32,549 nucleotides of DNA, taken from assembly GCA_029838195.1 (NCBI GenBank), contig JALGVJ010000039.1, positions 1 to 32,549 on the forward strand, given 5' to 3'. Position 1 is the stretch's first letter, and each line of letters begins with the position of its first letter. This DNA comes from Promethearchaeota archaeon. Lineage in GTDB: Archaea > Asgardarchaeota > Lokiarchaeia > Sigyniarchaeales > SOKP01. The notes beneath the pieces were generated by a model. The model was not told the origin of the DNA. It ran no database searches and saw only the letters and a program-made list of their open reading frames with translations. Shown in pieces: positions 1-8,611 of the stretch. The translations under genes were made by a program, and so were the position numbers.

Positions 1-117
1 AGGTAGAGATATACGTTTCCTTTAATTTTTTTTTTTACTAAATGGACCATTATATATAGTTAGTGTATACGACTATTTAAGCTTAGCGGTAAGGATCGTG
101 ACCATCACTTGACTCTC

Positions 118-168
118 CTTGTCATGAAGACTGATGGTTAGTGTACACGAGCATTTTTTCATGACAAG
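118..168. repeat. Perfect 11-bp inverted repeat CTTGTCATGAA / TTCATGACAAG
   Basis: Arms at 118-128 and 158-168, read directly. Confidence 0.7.
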
Positions 169-510
169 ATAATGAACTCGCATGAATGCTTCTCCAAATC
201 AAGAAACCCTAATTAAAGATGATATTTTACGGCTAATTAGGACAAGTAAAATAATGTCGGTTTGAATATCAAAGCTAATCCATGCTAAATTTTAAAAAAA
301 ATAATATCTTATAAAGTCAAGAATTTATTAAATTCATACTTGATTTTCTAATGAATTCTAATAAAATCATAGGGGATACTAAATTTAGATTTTAATTTTA
401 GCTATTCAACGTCTTTAATTTTTGAAATTAATTGATCTTTTAAAAAAAAGGGGTTTATAATCTAAAGAAAAATAAGGCTTCATTTTTTTTTTAATGCCTT
501 TTATAATTGG

Positions 511-2967
511 TTAGGAGCTTAGAGTATCGGAGACCTTAATTATTAATGGGCCTATATCCTTAGTCGTGATCCCCAATGTAATATCATATTTTTTTGAAAT
601 TAATTTTTCTCCTTCGATCAATATTGTTGCTTCATTACCTTTATTAAATTTTAAAGGGTTTTCTTCCGTAATTTCTTGCATCAAAATTTCATTTTCATTA
701 ATGATAATTTTAATAGATTCTGAATAAATTTTATCATTAATTTTTAATAAATCAAAAGCAGTAATAGTAACTGATGCTATAGGATTTTTAATCATGAATG
801 AAATCCCTTCTTTCGTGTTCTTAAGTGAATTTTTCTTATAAATTTTCTTGAGTATGAAGTTAGGAATTTTAAATCTTCTTGGTTCTTTTGAAGGTATTGC
901 TTTTTTCTGAACAAGTCTAAGTCTAGGTTTTTTTAGGATCAAGCGAGTTAGATAAGTAATTTTTTCTCCTTGTTTGAATTCCTTCTTTACATACCACCCT
1001 ACTTTTTGATGAAAACCTCTTCCTGTCGATGATTTATCGATGATTTTCCAAGTACCATCTGATAGTGGAGTTTCGATAATTTCTAAGGTTAGATTTCCAT
1101 AAGGCGTAATATATATAAGATTTTTATTTCTAATTTTAAATTTATATCCATAATCTACGCGAAAAGAAAGTCCGGGTGCGCCCATTAAAGAATAAACACC
1201 AGATTTAAAACAAGTTAATCGTGTCGCAATTAATAATCCATTTTTTTTTAACATATAACTTTGCACAACTTTAAAATTTCCATATTCAAGAGTTATTATA
1301 ATATTATCATCGCTTTCAAAATTTAACAAGCCTCTTCCGATTGGAACCACGATCTCCCCATCTTGAGAAACGATATCCGGTAAATCAGACGTAGACCATT
1401 GTTCTTCCATTAATGATTGTTCAAGAATTGGCAAAATAGAAGGTTTTCCTTGTAATCCTAACACAGCAAGTCCGGCAACTCCCGTGTTATGAACTCCGGA
1501 ATGAGGATAAGGAGAAATATCACTTCCGGCAAATATTACGAAATAGATATTTTTATTACTTATAGCTCCATATCGAGATTGGTGGAAGTCTACCTTTCCA
1601 TTTTTTTCCAATAATAAGGCATTTTCTTTCATCTTTGAAGGGATGAGAGGAAGTGCACGAATTAAAAAATAACCTGTAGTTGCATTATAGGGAGTTTGAC
1701 AATGGCTCCAACCAATTAATTTATCCGGATAAAAATTGAGTGCTGTAGGAAAATTGCCTTCTGGAAACTGATATTTCTTGATATAATTAAATATTAATTT
1801 TACCCCCCGATAATAAGTATTTGACAATCTTTTTTCGTTTTTAGCAACATAAAGAAAACTATATATCGCAGATATTGGATGATAAATATTATTTGCCGAA
1901 CGACCGATATAGGAACATTCGCCACCAGGAGTAGTGAGCGCGATTGAAAATTTTGCTCCATCGGTTATCATTTTCCATACTTCTTTTAAAGGTAAATAAT
2001 CATAACCACGACATAACCAGCTCAAAGCATAGATATGATACGTGATGTCATAGCTATCATAATACCCCCCGAAAAAATCTTTAGAATAAAAATTATCCTG
2101 AATTAATCCATCCTTAGTAATATTATTTTTTATTTTTTTAATATATTCTAAGGGTTTTTGTTTGAATTCTTCAGTAGGATCCTTAAAATATTTGTTACGT
2201 ACAGACCACCAAAAATATCGAAGAGCGAAAACATTAATTGGAGAATATCCCTCTGTATTTATCATTTTTTTATAAAATGATCTCCACTTTTCCAAATCTT
2301 CTTTTCTTACCTTATCAATCATGAATTCTTCCACCGTTTCGATGAATGCCGGATTCTTAAAATCAGTATGGCCAAAAGCATCCAACCGCATTGGCTTATA
2401 TTCTGGGTATGTCCGCATTATAAAATCTAATGCCATACTAGCTGCCTCAAGATATTTATCATCAGAAGTTTTTTCTGCCATCCATCCAAAAATATAAGCA
2501 GAATATGCATCAGCGTAGTACGTGCCTGCTACTTGAGGTTCATATAAGAAAGCTTCCATGTTAAGAAATTCTTCCCAAATCCCCCCACGATCATGGGCTT
2601 TTAATTCAAATCGCCCTTTTTCATTAATTCCCGTGAAATAAAAAGTAATACCCCCTTGTCCTCCCGATGGTTCATTTATTTTCCCATTGGGTACAATTCT
2701 AATGAAAGAGTCTTTTTTTAAAGGCCCCCACCACTTAAATTTTTCTGAACTGCGAAGATATAATTCATTTTTAGATCTTTTTATCTGCAGTGTAAAAGGA
2801 CCGGGATTCTTTCGAATAAATTCAAATTTGAGAGTGATTGTATTTTTATCTTCTATATAAAACTTAATATCTTCAGTTATGACTTGATATTTGTAAAGAT
2901 ATTTCCCTATTTTTATTATAATTTCTTCTATTTTTTTTTTTAATTTAGAACCTTGCATTTTTACCAT
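511..2967 (-). CDS. Large hypothetical protein (818 aa), probable alpha-toroid plus beta-sandwich carbohydrate-active-like enzyme with a small C-terminal beta domain
   Basis: Long ORF, last of three co-directional genes; overlaps the upstream ORF. Aromatic/His-rich helical middle (HTDFKNPAF, YHIYALSWL, YIGRSAN) followed by a beta-rich region. The C-terminal ~110 aa (IPNFILKKIYKKNSLKNT...GPLIIKVSD) look like a separate module. Function is inference only. Confidence 0.6.
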   Translation of the reverse strand: MVKMQGSKLKKKIEEIIIKIGKYLYKYQVITEDIKFYIEDKNTITLKFEFIRKNPGPFTLQIKRSKNELYLRSSEKFKWWGPLKKDSFIRIVPNGKINEPSGGQGGITFYFTGINEKGRFELKAHDRGGIWEEFLNMEAFLYEPQVAGTYYADAYSAYIFGWMAEKTSDDKYLEAASMALDFIMRTYPEYKPMRLDAFGHTDFKNPAFIETVEEFMIDKVRKEDLEKWRSFYKKMINTEGYSPINVFALRYFWWSVRNKYFKDPTEEFKQKPLEYIKKIKNNITKDGLIQDNFYSKDFFGGYYDSYDITYHIYALSWLCRGYDYLPLKEVWKMITDGAKFSIALTTPGGECSYIGRSANNIYHPISAIYSFLYVAKNEKRLSNTYYRGVKLIFNYIKKYQFPEGNFPTALNFYPDKLIGWSHCQTPYNATTGYFLIRALPLIPSKMKENALLLEKNGKVDFHQSRYGAISNKNIYFVIFAGSDISPYPHSGVHNTGVAGLAVLGLQGKPSILPILEQSLMEEQWSTSDLPDIVSQDGEIVVPIGRGLLNFESDDNIIITLEYGNFKVVQSYMLKKNGLLIATRLTCFKSGVYSLMGAPGLSFRVDYGYKFKIRNKNLIYITPYGNLTLEIIETPLSDGTWKIIDKSSTGRGFHQKVGWYVKKEFKQGEKITYLTRLILKKPRLRLVQKKAIPSKEPRRFKIPNFILKKIYKKNSLKNTKEGISFMIKNPIASVTITAFDLLKINDKIYSESIKIIINENEILMQEITEENPLKFNKGNEATILIEGEKLISKKYDITLGITTKDIGPLIIKVSDTLSS

Positions 2968-4285
2968 CCTGAAAATTTTTTAATTCATTTAAAATTGAAA
3001 GCGAGGTTTTTACAATTTTGGAACCGGCACTTTTTTCTAATCTACTAGTGTAAACGGTTCTATGGGTTTCATATCCTCCATATAGATAAGCCTTTTCTGT
3101 TGGAACATATCCATAATATCCGTTTGTTAAACTAGAAATTAAAGTTGTTGTAAATGGAGATTTCTTCTTAATCTCTAATCCGAATTCTACAAATAGCTCA
3201 CAGGGATTGCTTATAATAGCAACATCTCCAAGCCTAATTCCTTGTATCTCAATGTCACATGTCGAACCATATCCTCTTTTTTCGAGTTCTAGTTTTTCTA
3301 AATCGTACCTTCTTCGCGCAAGTTTCATTTCAATCTTAGATTCACCTCTACATCCATCCTCGCAGAAAGTCGATTCGGATTTACTTCTCTCTTTAATTTT
3401 AATATTTTTCGATTTTACTATAAGGAGGTTTTTTTTCATCGGTTTAAGCTTTTTGTAAGCGTAAATAACATTATTTGCTACTTTTTCTCCTATTTCTCGA
3501 GCAAGTTCAGTGCCAGAAATATTTTTTCGTTCAAATGGATCGTACCAAGCAACATTCCCGCAAGGTGCAGCAAGACAAGATACTGCCTTTACCGAAGGAA
3601 ACCTTGCTTGAATGAAATTTCCTATAGAACCAAATAAATCCCCATGGAAATAGCCTCCGAAACTACCCGTACAGTTATTATGACAAGCATAATTTACAAT
3701 AAATGAAATTGGGCCATTCATTTCGCTTTCTAAGATGATAAATTGAATTTTATCATCTATTGGCCCTTCAAATTGATAATTTAATTTCAAATCTGTCGGA
3801 AAATCATAAATTTTAATCCTCCCATCCGGTTTAATTAACCGGCGGTTAACTTCATAACCAGGTGATTGACAAGTTCCTTTTTTTATTTGAATAGGTTCAA
3901 GAGAGTTTATTGCTTTTCGAACGCCATTAATAATTTCATTTACCAAAAAATCAAGATATTCTGGTTGAGGAAATGCTCCTGATAAAAAAGATCTACACGT
4001 AGCAGGAGAAGTGTGATTGTGATTCGCAGCAATCATTATATTTTTTCCCGGTATTTTAAATTCTTTTTGGCATTCTTTTCTAATCCGTAATACTAAAGCA
4101 CGGTCTATAAATGTAATATCGGAAGAGATCAATAATGCTTCGATCTTAGAAAACTTAAACATAATAATTTGGCTAAAAATATTCGAATTTTCCTTTCCAA
4201 TTCTATATATTGCTCCATTATAATTTTGCATTTCGCATTTTGGTGTAATGTTTGAAGATGCCGCACCAGCTAATAATTTTTTCAT
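2945..4285 (-). CDS. Neutral/alkaline ceramidase-like (N-terminal domain) hydrolase
   Basis: Motifs AGAASSNITP, IMIAANHNHTSP, VNRR, GPID, VNYACH, PCELFVEFGLEIK, NGYYGYVPT..AY..GGYE typical of this family. Confidence 0.75.
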   Translation of the reverse strand: MKKLLAGAASSNITPKCEMQNYNGAIYRIGKENSNIFSQIIMFKFSKIEALLISSDITFIDRALVLRIRKECQKEFKIPGKNIMIAANHNHTSPATCRSFLSGAFPQPEYLDFLVNEIINGVRKAINSLEPIQIKKGTCQSPGYEVNRRLIKPDGRIKIYDFPTDLKLNYQFEGPIDDKIQFIILESEMNGPISFIVNYACHNNCTGSFGGYFHGDLFGSIGNFIQARFPSVKAVSCLAAPCGNVAWYDPFERKNISGTELAREIGEKVANNVIYAYKKLKPMKKNLLIVKSKNIKIKERSKSESTFCEDGCRGESKIEMKLARRRYDLEKLELEKRGYGSTCDIEIQGIRLGDVAIISNPCELFVEFGLEIKKKSPFTTTLISSLTNGYYGYVPTEKAYLYGGYETHRTVYTSRLEKSAGSKIVKTSLSILNELKNFQDGKNARF

Positions 4286-4306
4286 GTAAAAATTAATTTT
4301 ATTTTA

Positions 4307-5710
4307 TTATGGATTCTTAGAAAATGTTTTTCTTTTCTCATAATGTAGATTTTCTAATTCTTGCTTAATTTTTTCGTATTTTTCTTTATTGATCGGAAAT
4401 CGGAGCATGGCTAAAATTCCAAAAATCAAAGCAATTGAAGGGAAAATAAAAATCAGGATCCTAAGACCTAAAATAATTCGAGTTAAATCGCCTTTAGGAT
4501 TAAAAATAGTCCAACCAACCGTCGTGAACACCAAGCTTATTGAAAGAGCTATAGCAATAGTAGTCAATCTTGTTATCAAGGCTCCAATACTATAATAACT
4601 TGCCTCTCGTCGAATGCCCGTATTTATTTCATCTAAGTCAATAATGGCACCAATGGTCGGGTCTCTACAAAATAATAGTCCCGAAATTCCCAAACCTGCC
4701 ATAATGAATGTCATGATTGCCCCGGCTAGATCATAAATGAACATGAATGGTAATAAAGTAAGAATTAAAGAAAAAAATGCTAAAATTAATCCCAACTTCA
4801 CGCCAGTTTTTATTATTAAATATCGCCATAAGAACATGAACAAGGAAGCAGAAATAAAAGTCAATCCTAAAAGTAATGAGATAATCGTTGAATTTTTAAT
4901 ATTTAACACGAAACTACAATAAAGAGGAGCAATAGTCGGAAGCATGCCAATAACATACCAAGTTGCAAAATTGGCAATTAAATAGTATCTATATGCCTTG
5001 CTTTTAAACGTGATTATTAATGAATCTTTGAATGAAGGAGCTTTTTCCGGATCTTTTGAATATTCAATACGTTCTTTCAACCCGAATTTAATAAAAATTA
5101 GTGCAAATAATAAGGTTAAAATGGCCATGAATATACCTGCTTGAGCGTAATTTGTAATGTATTGAGGATCATCATATCGAGGTATAAAAAAACTTGGTGC
5201 TATCATTGCAAAAATTAAACCAATTATGTTAAAAATTTGCAAAATATTGTTAGCTTTTGCACGCTCCTCTAAATCTTGAAATATTTCAGGAAAAAGCGAT
5301 GTCTGGTTCATGCTATACATTGTATAAAAAAGATCAAATAAAATAATTATAATTAAAAAATATATAAATGTAATAATTGCAGATCCGAGTGGAGGTGTCC
5401 ATAATAATATTAAAATTAAGCATAAAGGACCGATTCCTCCAACAATATATGGTTTTCTCCTACCCCATTTAGATTTTGTCCTATCGGAAAGAACACCGAG
5501 AAGTGGATCATTAATCGCATTCCATATCGACCATAATATAAAGCCAATAGTGATTAAATTAACATTCAATCCGACTACAGAGTAATAAAAAGTAAAAATT
5601 AAAAACGTGAACATCTGATATGAAATCGTATCAGAAATGGTTGCAAAACTATAAAAAATAGCTTTTTTTGTGGAATAAGATTTTTCCGAATCAGTATTTT
5701 CTTTTTCCAT
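4307..5710 (-). CDS. MFS transporter, glycoside-pentoside-hexuronide (MelB-like) family
   Basis: About 12 hydrophobic segments; WNAINDPLLGVLSDRTKSKWGRRKPY and DLDEINTGIRREASY motifs. Confidence 0.92.
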   Translation of the reverse strand: MEKENTDSEKSYSTKKAIFYSFATISDTISYQMFTFLIFTFYYSVVGLNVNLITIGFILWSIWNAINDPLLGVLSDRTKSKWGRRKPYIVGGIGPLCLILILLWTPPLGSAIITFIYFLIIIILFDLFYTMYSMNQTSLFPEIFQDLEERAKANNILQIFNIIGLIFAMIAPSFFIPRYDDPQYITNYAQAGIFMAILTLLFALIFIKFGLKERIEYSKDPEKAPSFKDSLIITFKSKAYRYYLIANFATWYVIGMLPTIAPLYCSFVLNIKNSTIISLLLGLTFISASLFMFLWRYLIIKTGVKLGLILAFFSLILTLLPFMFIYDLAGAIMTFIMAGLGISGLLFCRDPTIGAIIDLDEINTGIRREASYYSIGALITRLTTIAIALSISLVFTTVGWTIFNPKGDLTRIILGLRILIFIFPSIALIFGILAMLRFPINKEKYEKIKQELENLHYEKRKTFSKNP

Positions 5711-6593
5711 TGGATCACAAATGTATATTAAGATGTTAAAAATTATAATTAATTTAATATTCCTCGATAATATGCATTATTATTTATAGTTTATGTATAA
5801 TTTTTTATTATTTCTATTATGAAATTTTTTGTAATCATTAAAAATAAAGAAATTTTTTAACAAAAATGAGATTTTTTTAATAAATTTTTAAGATTTATTC
5901 ATTAAACATTGATGTAAACATAAATTTAATGATGTTAATGGAACATTTTTCTTAATAATAAAAAAAATTCTGATGAAAAAAAAACATTTTTCACGGTTTT
6001 AATTATTTTTCTTTAATAATTTTAAAGTATAGTTAAAAAAACTTTAACTTTAAACTCTGACATTTTATCCGGCCTGTCGTTAAAGAAAATGTGCAATAGT
6101 AATGAAACATTATTTCGGAGAGAATATTCCCATATTAGATGATCTTAAAGCAAGAGCACTGAAACCCGGGCAGATTTCGAATGGTTGATGACCCTCGCCT
6201 CTTGTTACGTGCCACGACCGCATTCACCGCAATTAAACTCTCCTTAAGGAATGCCGTTCATACTCATCTTTTTTTGAATTCCCTTTCGCTGAAAGCTGTC
6301 CGCACACGCTCGTGAGGGAAAAAATCCCGTGCTTTTTTAATGAATGTCTAAATTGTCTTGTTTTTTATTTAATGGTCGCCCCTATCGACGATTAAAAGAT
6401 AAAAGATGAAACATCCTTCCAAACTTATTAATCTTTGGCTTATATCGTTTTTAATTAATATTCTGGGCTTTAAAAAAGCAAATCCATTTATTGAATAATA
6501 TTGAACAGAATTCAAGAAATTTAATTTTCTAATTAACATTATTATTTATAATTAACTAATTTTTAACTTGATTTTCTCTTCAATAAGCAAAAA

Positions 6594-7067
6594 ATGGCTC
6601 TTATAGAGGAAGATAAAGTACGAGATATTCCTGGATGGGAGAAAAATGCACCGGTGCCAATTTGCATGGGAGGAGATTATCGTGCATTGACTTTCTGTTG
6701 TAAACCAGGGTATTCATTGACATTTGAGTTCAAATGCCATCGTGATGAAACATTAAGGGAACTAGGGATGAATGGGGAGGAGTTCATTCGGATAAAAGAA
6801 GAGTTTTCACGGGAAAATGATTGGGACTCTGATTTGGTATGTTTTGGCTCCCTTTCGTATTGTTGCATGCGAAGAGGAGGATGTCCTCGTCGAGACATGG
6901 CATTAAAATTTCGATATCCTGATAAAAATAAAGAGGAAATAATGAAAATCTATTTCATGAAAAAGAAAGAATTATCCGAGCGAATCTTGAGAAGTGTAAA
7001 GGATGCTGAGGGAAGAGAAAAGGTTAAACCTTATTTAAGGTTATTTAAAGACTCATCTTTGGGATGA
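6594..7067 (+). CDS. Methanogenesis marker 9 domain protein (Cys-rich, stand-alone)
   Basis: W..AP..IC.GGD.RALTFCC, CFGSLSYCC and CP.RD.AL motifs recognised as marker-9 domain. Confidence 0.75.
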   Translation: MALIEEDKVRDIPGWEKNAPVPICMGGDYRALTFCCKPGYSLTFEFKCHRDETLRELGMNGEEFIRIKEEFSRENDWDSDLVCFGSLSYCCMRRGGCPRRDMALKFRYPDKNKEEIMKIYFMKKKELSERILRSVKDAEGREKVKPYLRLFKDSSLG

Positions 7068-7317
7068 GCAGCATTAAATTCGTTATTTAATGGTTTCTAC
7101 TTCATTCAATATTAAAGGTTTAATAAGAAGAGCGAGATTATTATTCCGTTAATATGTTTTTATATTTTATAAATTCGCTCTTTATAATCCATCAATAAAA
7201 TAAGGTTTTTCCTCCTTTAGAGGCATGGTTTTAAATTTCCTTTTTTTCTTTTGAATAATAGAAAGATTAAAATAGGACTTTTACTTACTCTTACTAAAGT
7301 AAAAGAATCGAATATCA

Positions 7318-7464
7318 ATGTTAGAACAAGTTCTACCGCATCAATTTAGAGACGACATCTATGTTGATAAGGTAATTACTAGCGATGAAAAAATTAAGAG
7401 CGAGGACAAGAAGATCATCATTAAAATATTATATGATGAATTACAATCGCTCATGTTCCATTAA
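7318..7464 (+). CDS. Possible small protein (48 aa, MLEQVLPHQFRDDIYVDK...LQSLMFH)
   Basis: ATG-to-TAA ORF read manually, protein-like composition, fills the gap before the hsp20 3' end; below the ORF track cutoff. Confidence 0.35.
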   Translation: MLEQVLPHQFRDDIYVDKVITSDEKIKSEDKKIIIKILYDELQSLMFH

Positions 7465-7522
7465 ATGCTCTTAATAAAGGAAATCCAAAAGACCTATTGT
7501 TCATTAATATTCTATAGTTAAT

Positions 7523-8167
7523 TTAATCTATCCTTATCTCTTTCTGCTGTTCTTGTTTCTTTTTCAATTTCACTTCGAGGATGCCATTTGTATACCGGGC
7601 CTTGGCATGATCTGAATTAATTTCTGCCGGTAAATCGATTTCTTTATAATAGTTCCTGCCATAGGAAGTAGAATCGGATTTCGTGGAGATTACCACGCTT
7701 TTAGAAGTAGCTTTTATCTGGATATCTTCCTTCGAAACGCCCGGCATTTCTGCAATGATAACAACCTCTTCTTTTCCATCAATCACTTCGACGAGCGGTT
7801 CTCGGATGGATTGAACTTCTGCCTCCTCTTCAGGTTCCATTTTAATGTTTCCGAATTTGCTCACGCGGGGTTTTCCATCCGGACCGAGCGTTATGTTGAA
7901 ACCAGTCATTATGGGTCCTTTAAATCCGAATTTATCCTTATTTTTAAGAAATTCTTTTTGAATTTCTTCTGGAGATAAATGTTGATAGTTTTCGGGCAGA
8001 TCATGTTTAATATTTTCAAAGATTTCCCTGAATATGCGTTGGAATTGCTTGGATTTGAATAATTTTTCGGGATTATTTAAGTATTTGAAAAAATCAAAAG
8101 GCGTGCGGAAAAGATCTTCTTCCTCATCATCCTCCTCATCAACATCATCTTCATGCTCGTGAGGAAT
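7523..8167 (-). CDS. hsp20: Archaeal small heat-shock protein Hsp20 (about 214 aa, probable ATT start)
   Basis: Alpha-crystallin domain (REPLVEV..AEMPGV.KEDI..ARYTNGILEVKL) and GPIMTGFNITLGPDGKP motif. The frame stays open from ATG 7909 up to 8170 with an acidic N-terminus. SD-like AGGAGTTGA lies 6 nt before ATT at 8167. Confidence 0.88.
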   Translation of the reverse strand: MPHEHEDDVDEEDDEEEDLFRTPFDFFKYLNNPEKLFKSKQFQRIFREIFENIKHDLPENYQHLSPEEIQKEFLKNKDKFGFKGPIMTGFNITLGPDGKPRVSKFGNIKMEPEEEAEVQSIREPLVEVIDGKEEVVIIAEMPGVSKEDIQIKATSKSVVISTKSDSTSYGRNYYKEIDLPAEINSDHAKARYTNGILEVKLKKKQEQQKEIRID

Positions 8168-8611
8168 GGCTCATCAACTCCTTTTTTTTCTTGCTCCTAT
8201 TCCTTATAAAATTGTTATTAGCTAAAAATTTTATCACGTGGGAAAATAAAAAAAAATACTTAGATTTTGAAATGATCTAATTAAAATAATTAGGGTTTCA
8301 AGAAAAAACACTTGTTTTTTATTCCACGTGTAGTGAGAATTTTCATGGCCATGAGAGTAACTTGATATTAAGTAAGTATTTGAAATATATAGGGCTGATT
8401 CCATATCAAAACGATGAGTAAATAAAGCGTTCGAAAGAAGAATGCAAATGAAGAAGAGAGAGGCACGTGATATAAGATGATTAAAAAGAGATTCAATAGC
8501 TTAAATAAGAATTTATTTAAATAAATCAGACATTTTGCACACTCATGATTCTTATAGGGGTATTCATTATGATTCTTAATTAATCAAAAATACACGTGAA
8601 AGAGTAATAAA

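Noticed and set aside
118-168. SECIS element (AUGA...UGA flanking a stem)
   Set aside because: The helix register does not fit the G-A/A-G core plus helix II, and no in-frame TGA selenoprotein candidate is visible in the window.
6060-6400. RNase P RNA, SRP RNA or tRNA
   Set aside because: I could not find their hallmark motifs or a cloverleaf on either strand.
7128-7182. 8-bp inverted repeat AAGAGCGA/TCGCTCTT
   Set aside because: Short arms with a long AT-rich loop; not distinguishable from chance.
8171-8176. Tandem TGA TGA before hsp20 (and aIF5A) as selenocysteine codons
   Set aside because: They overlap the SD-like motif, precede the conserved region, and do not align with Cys positions.
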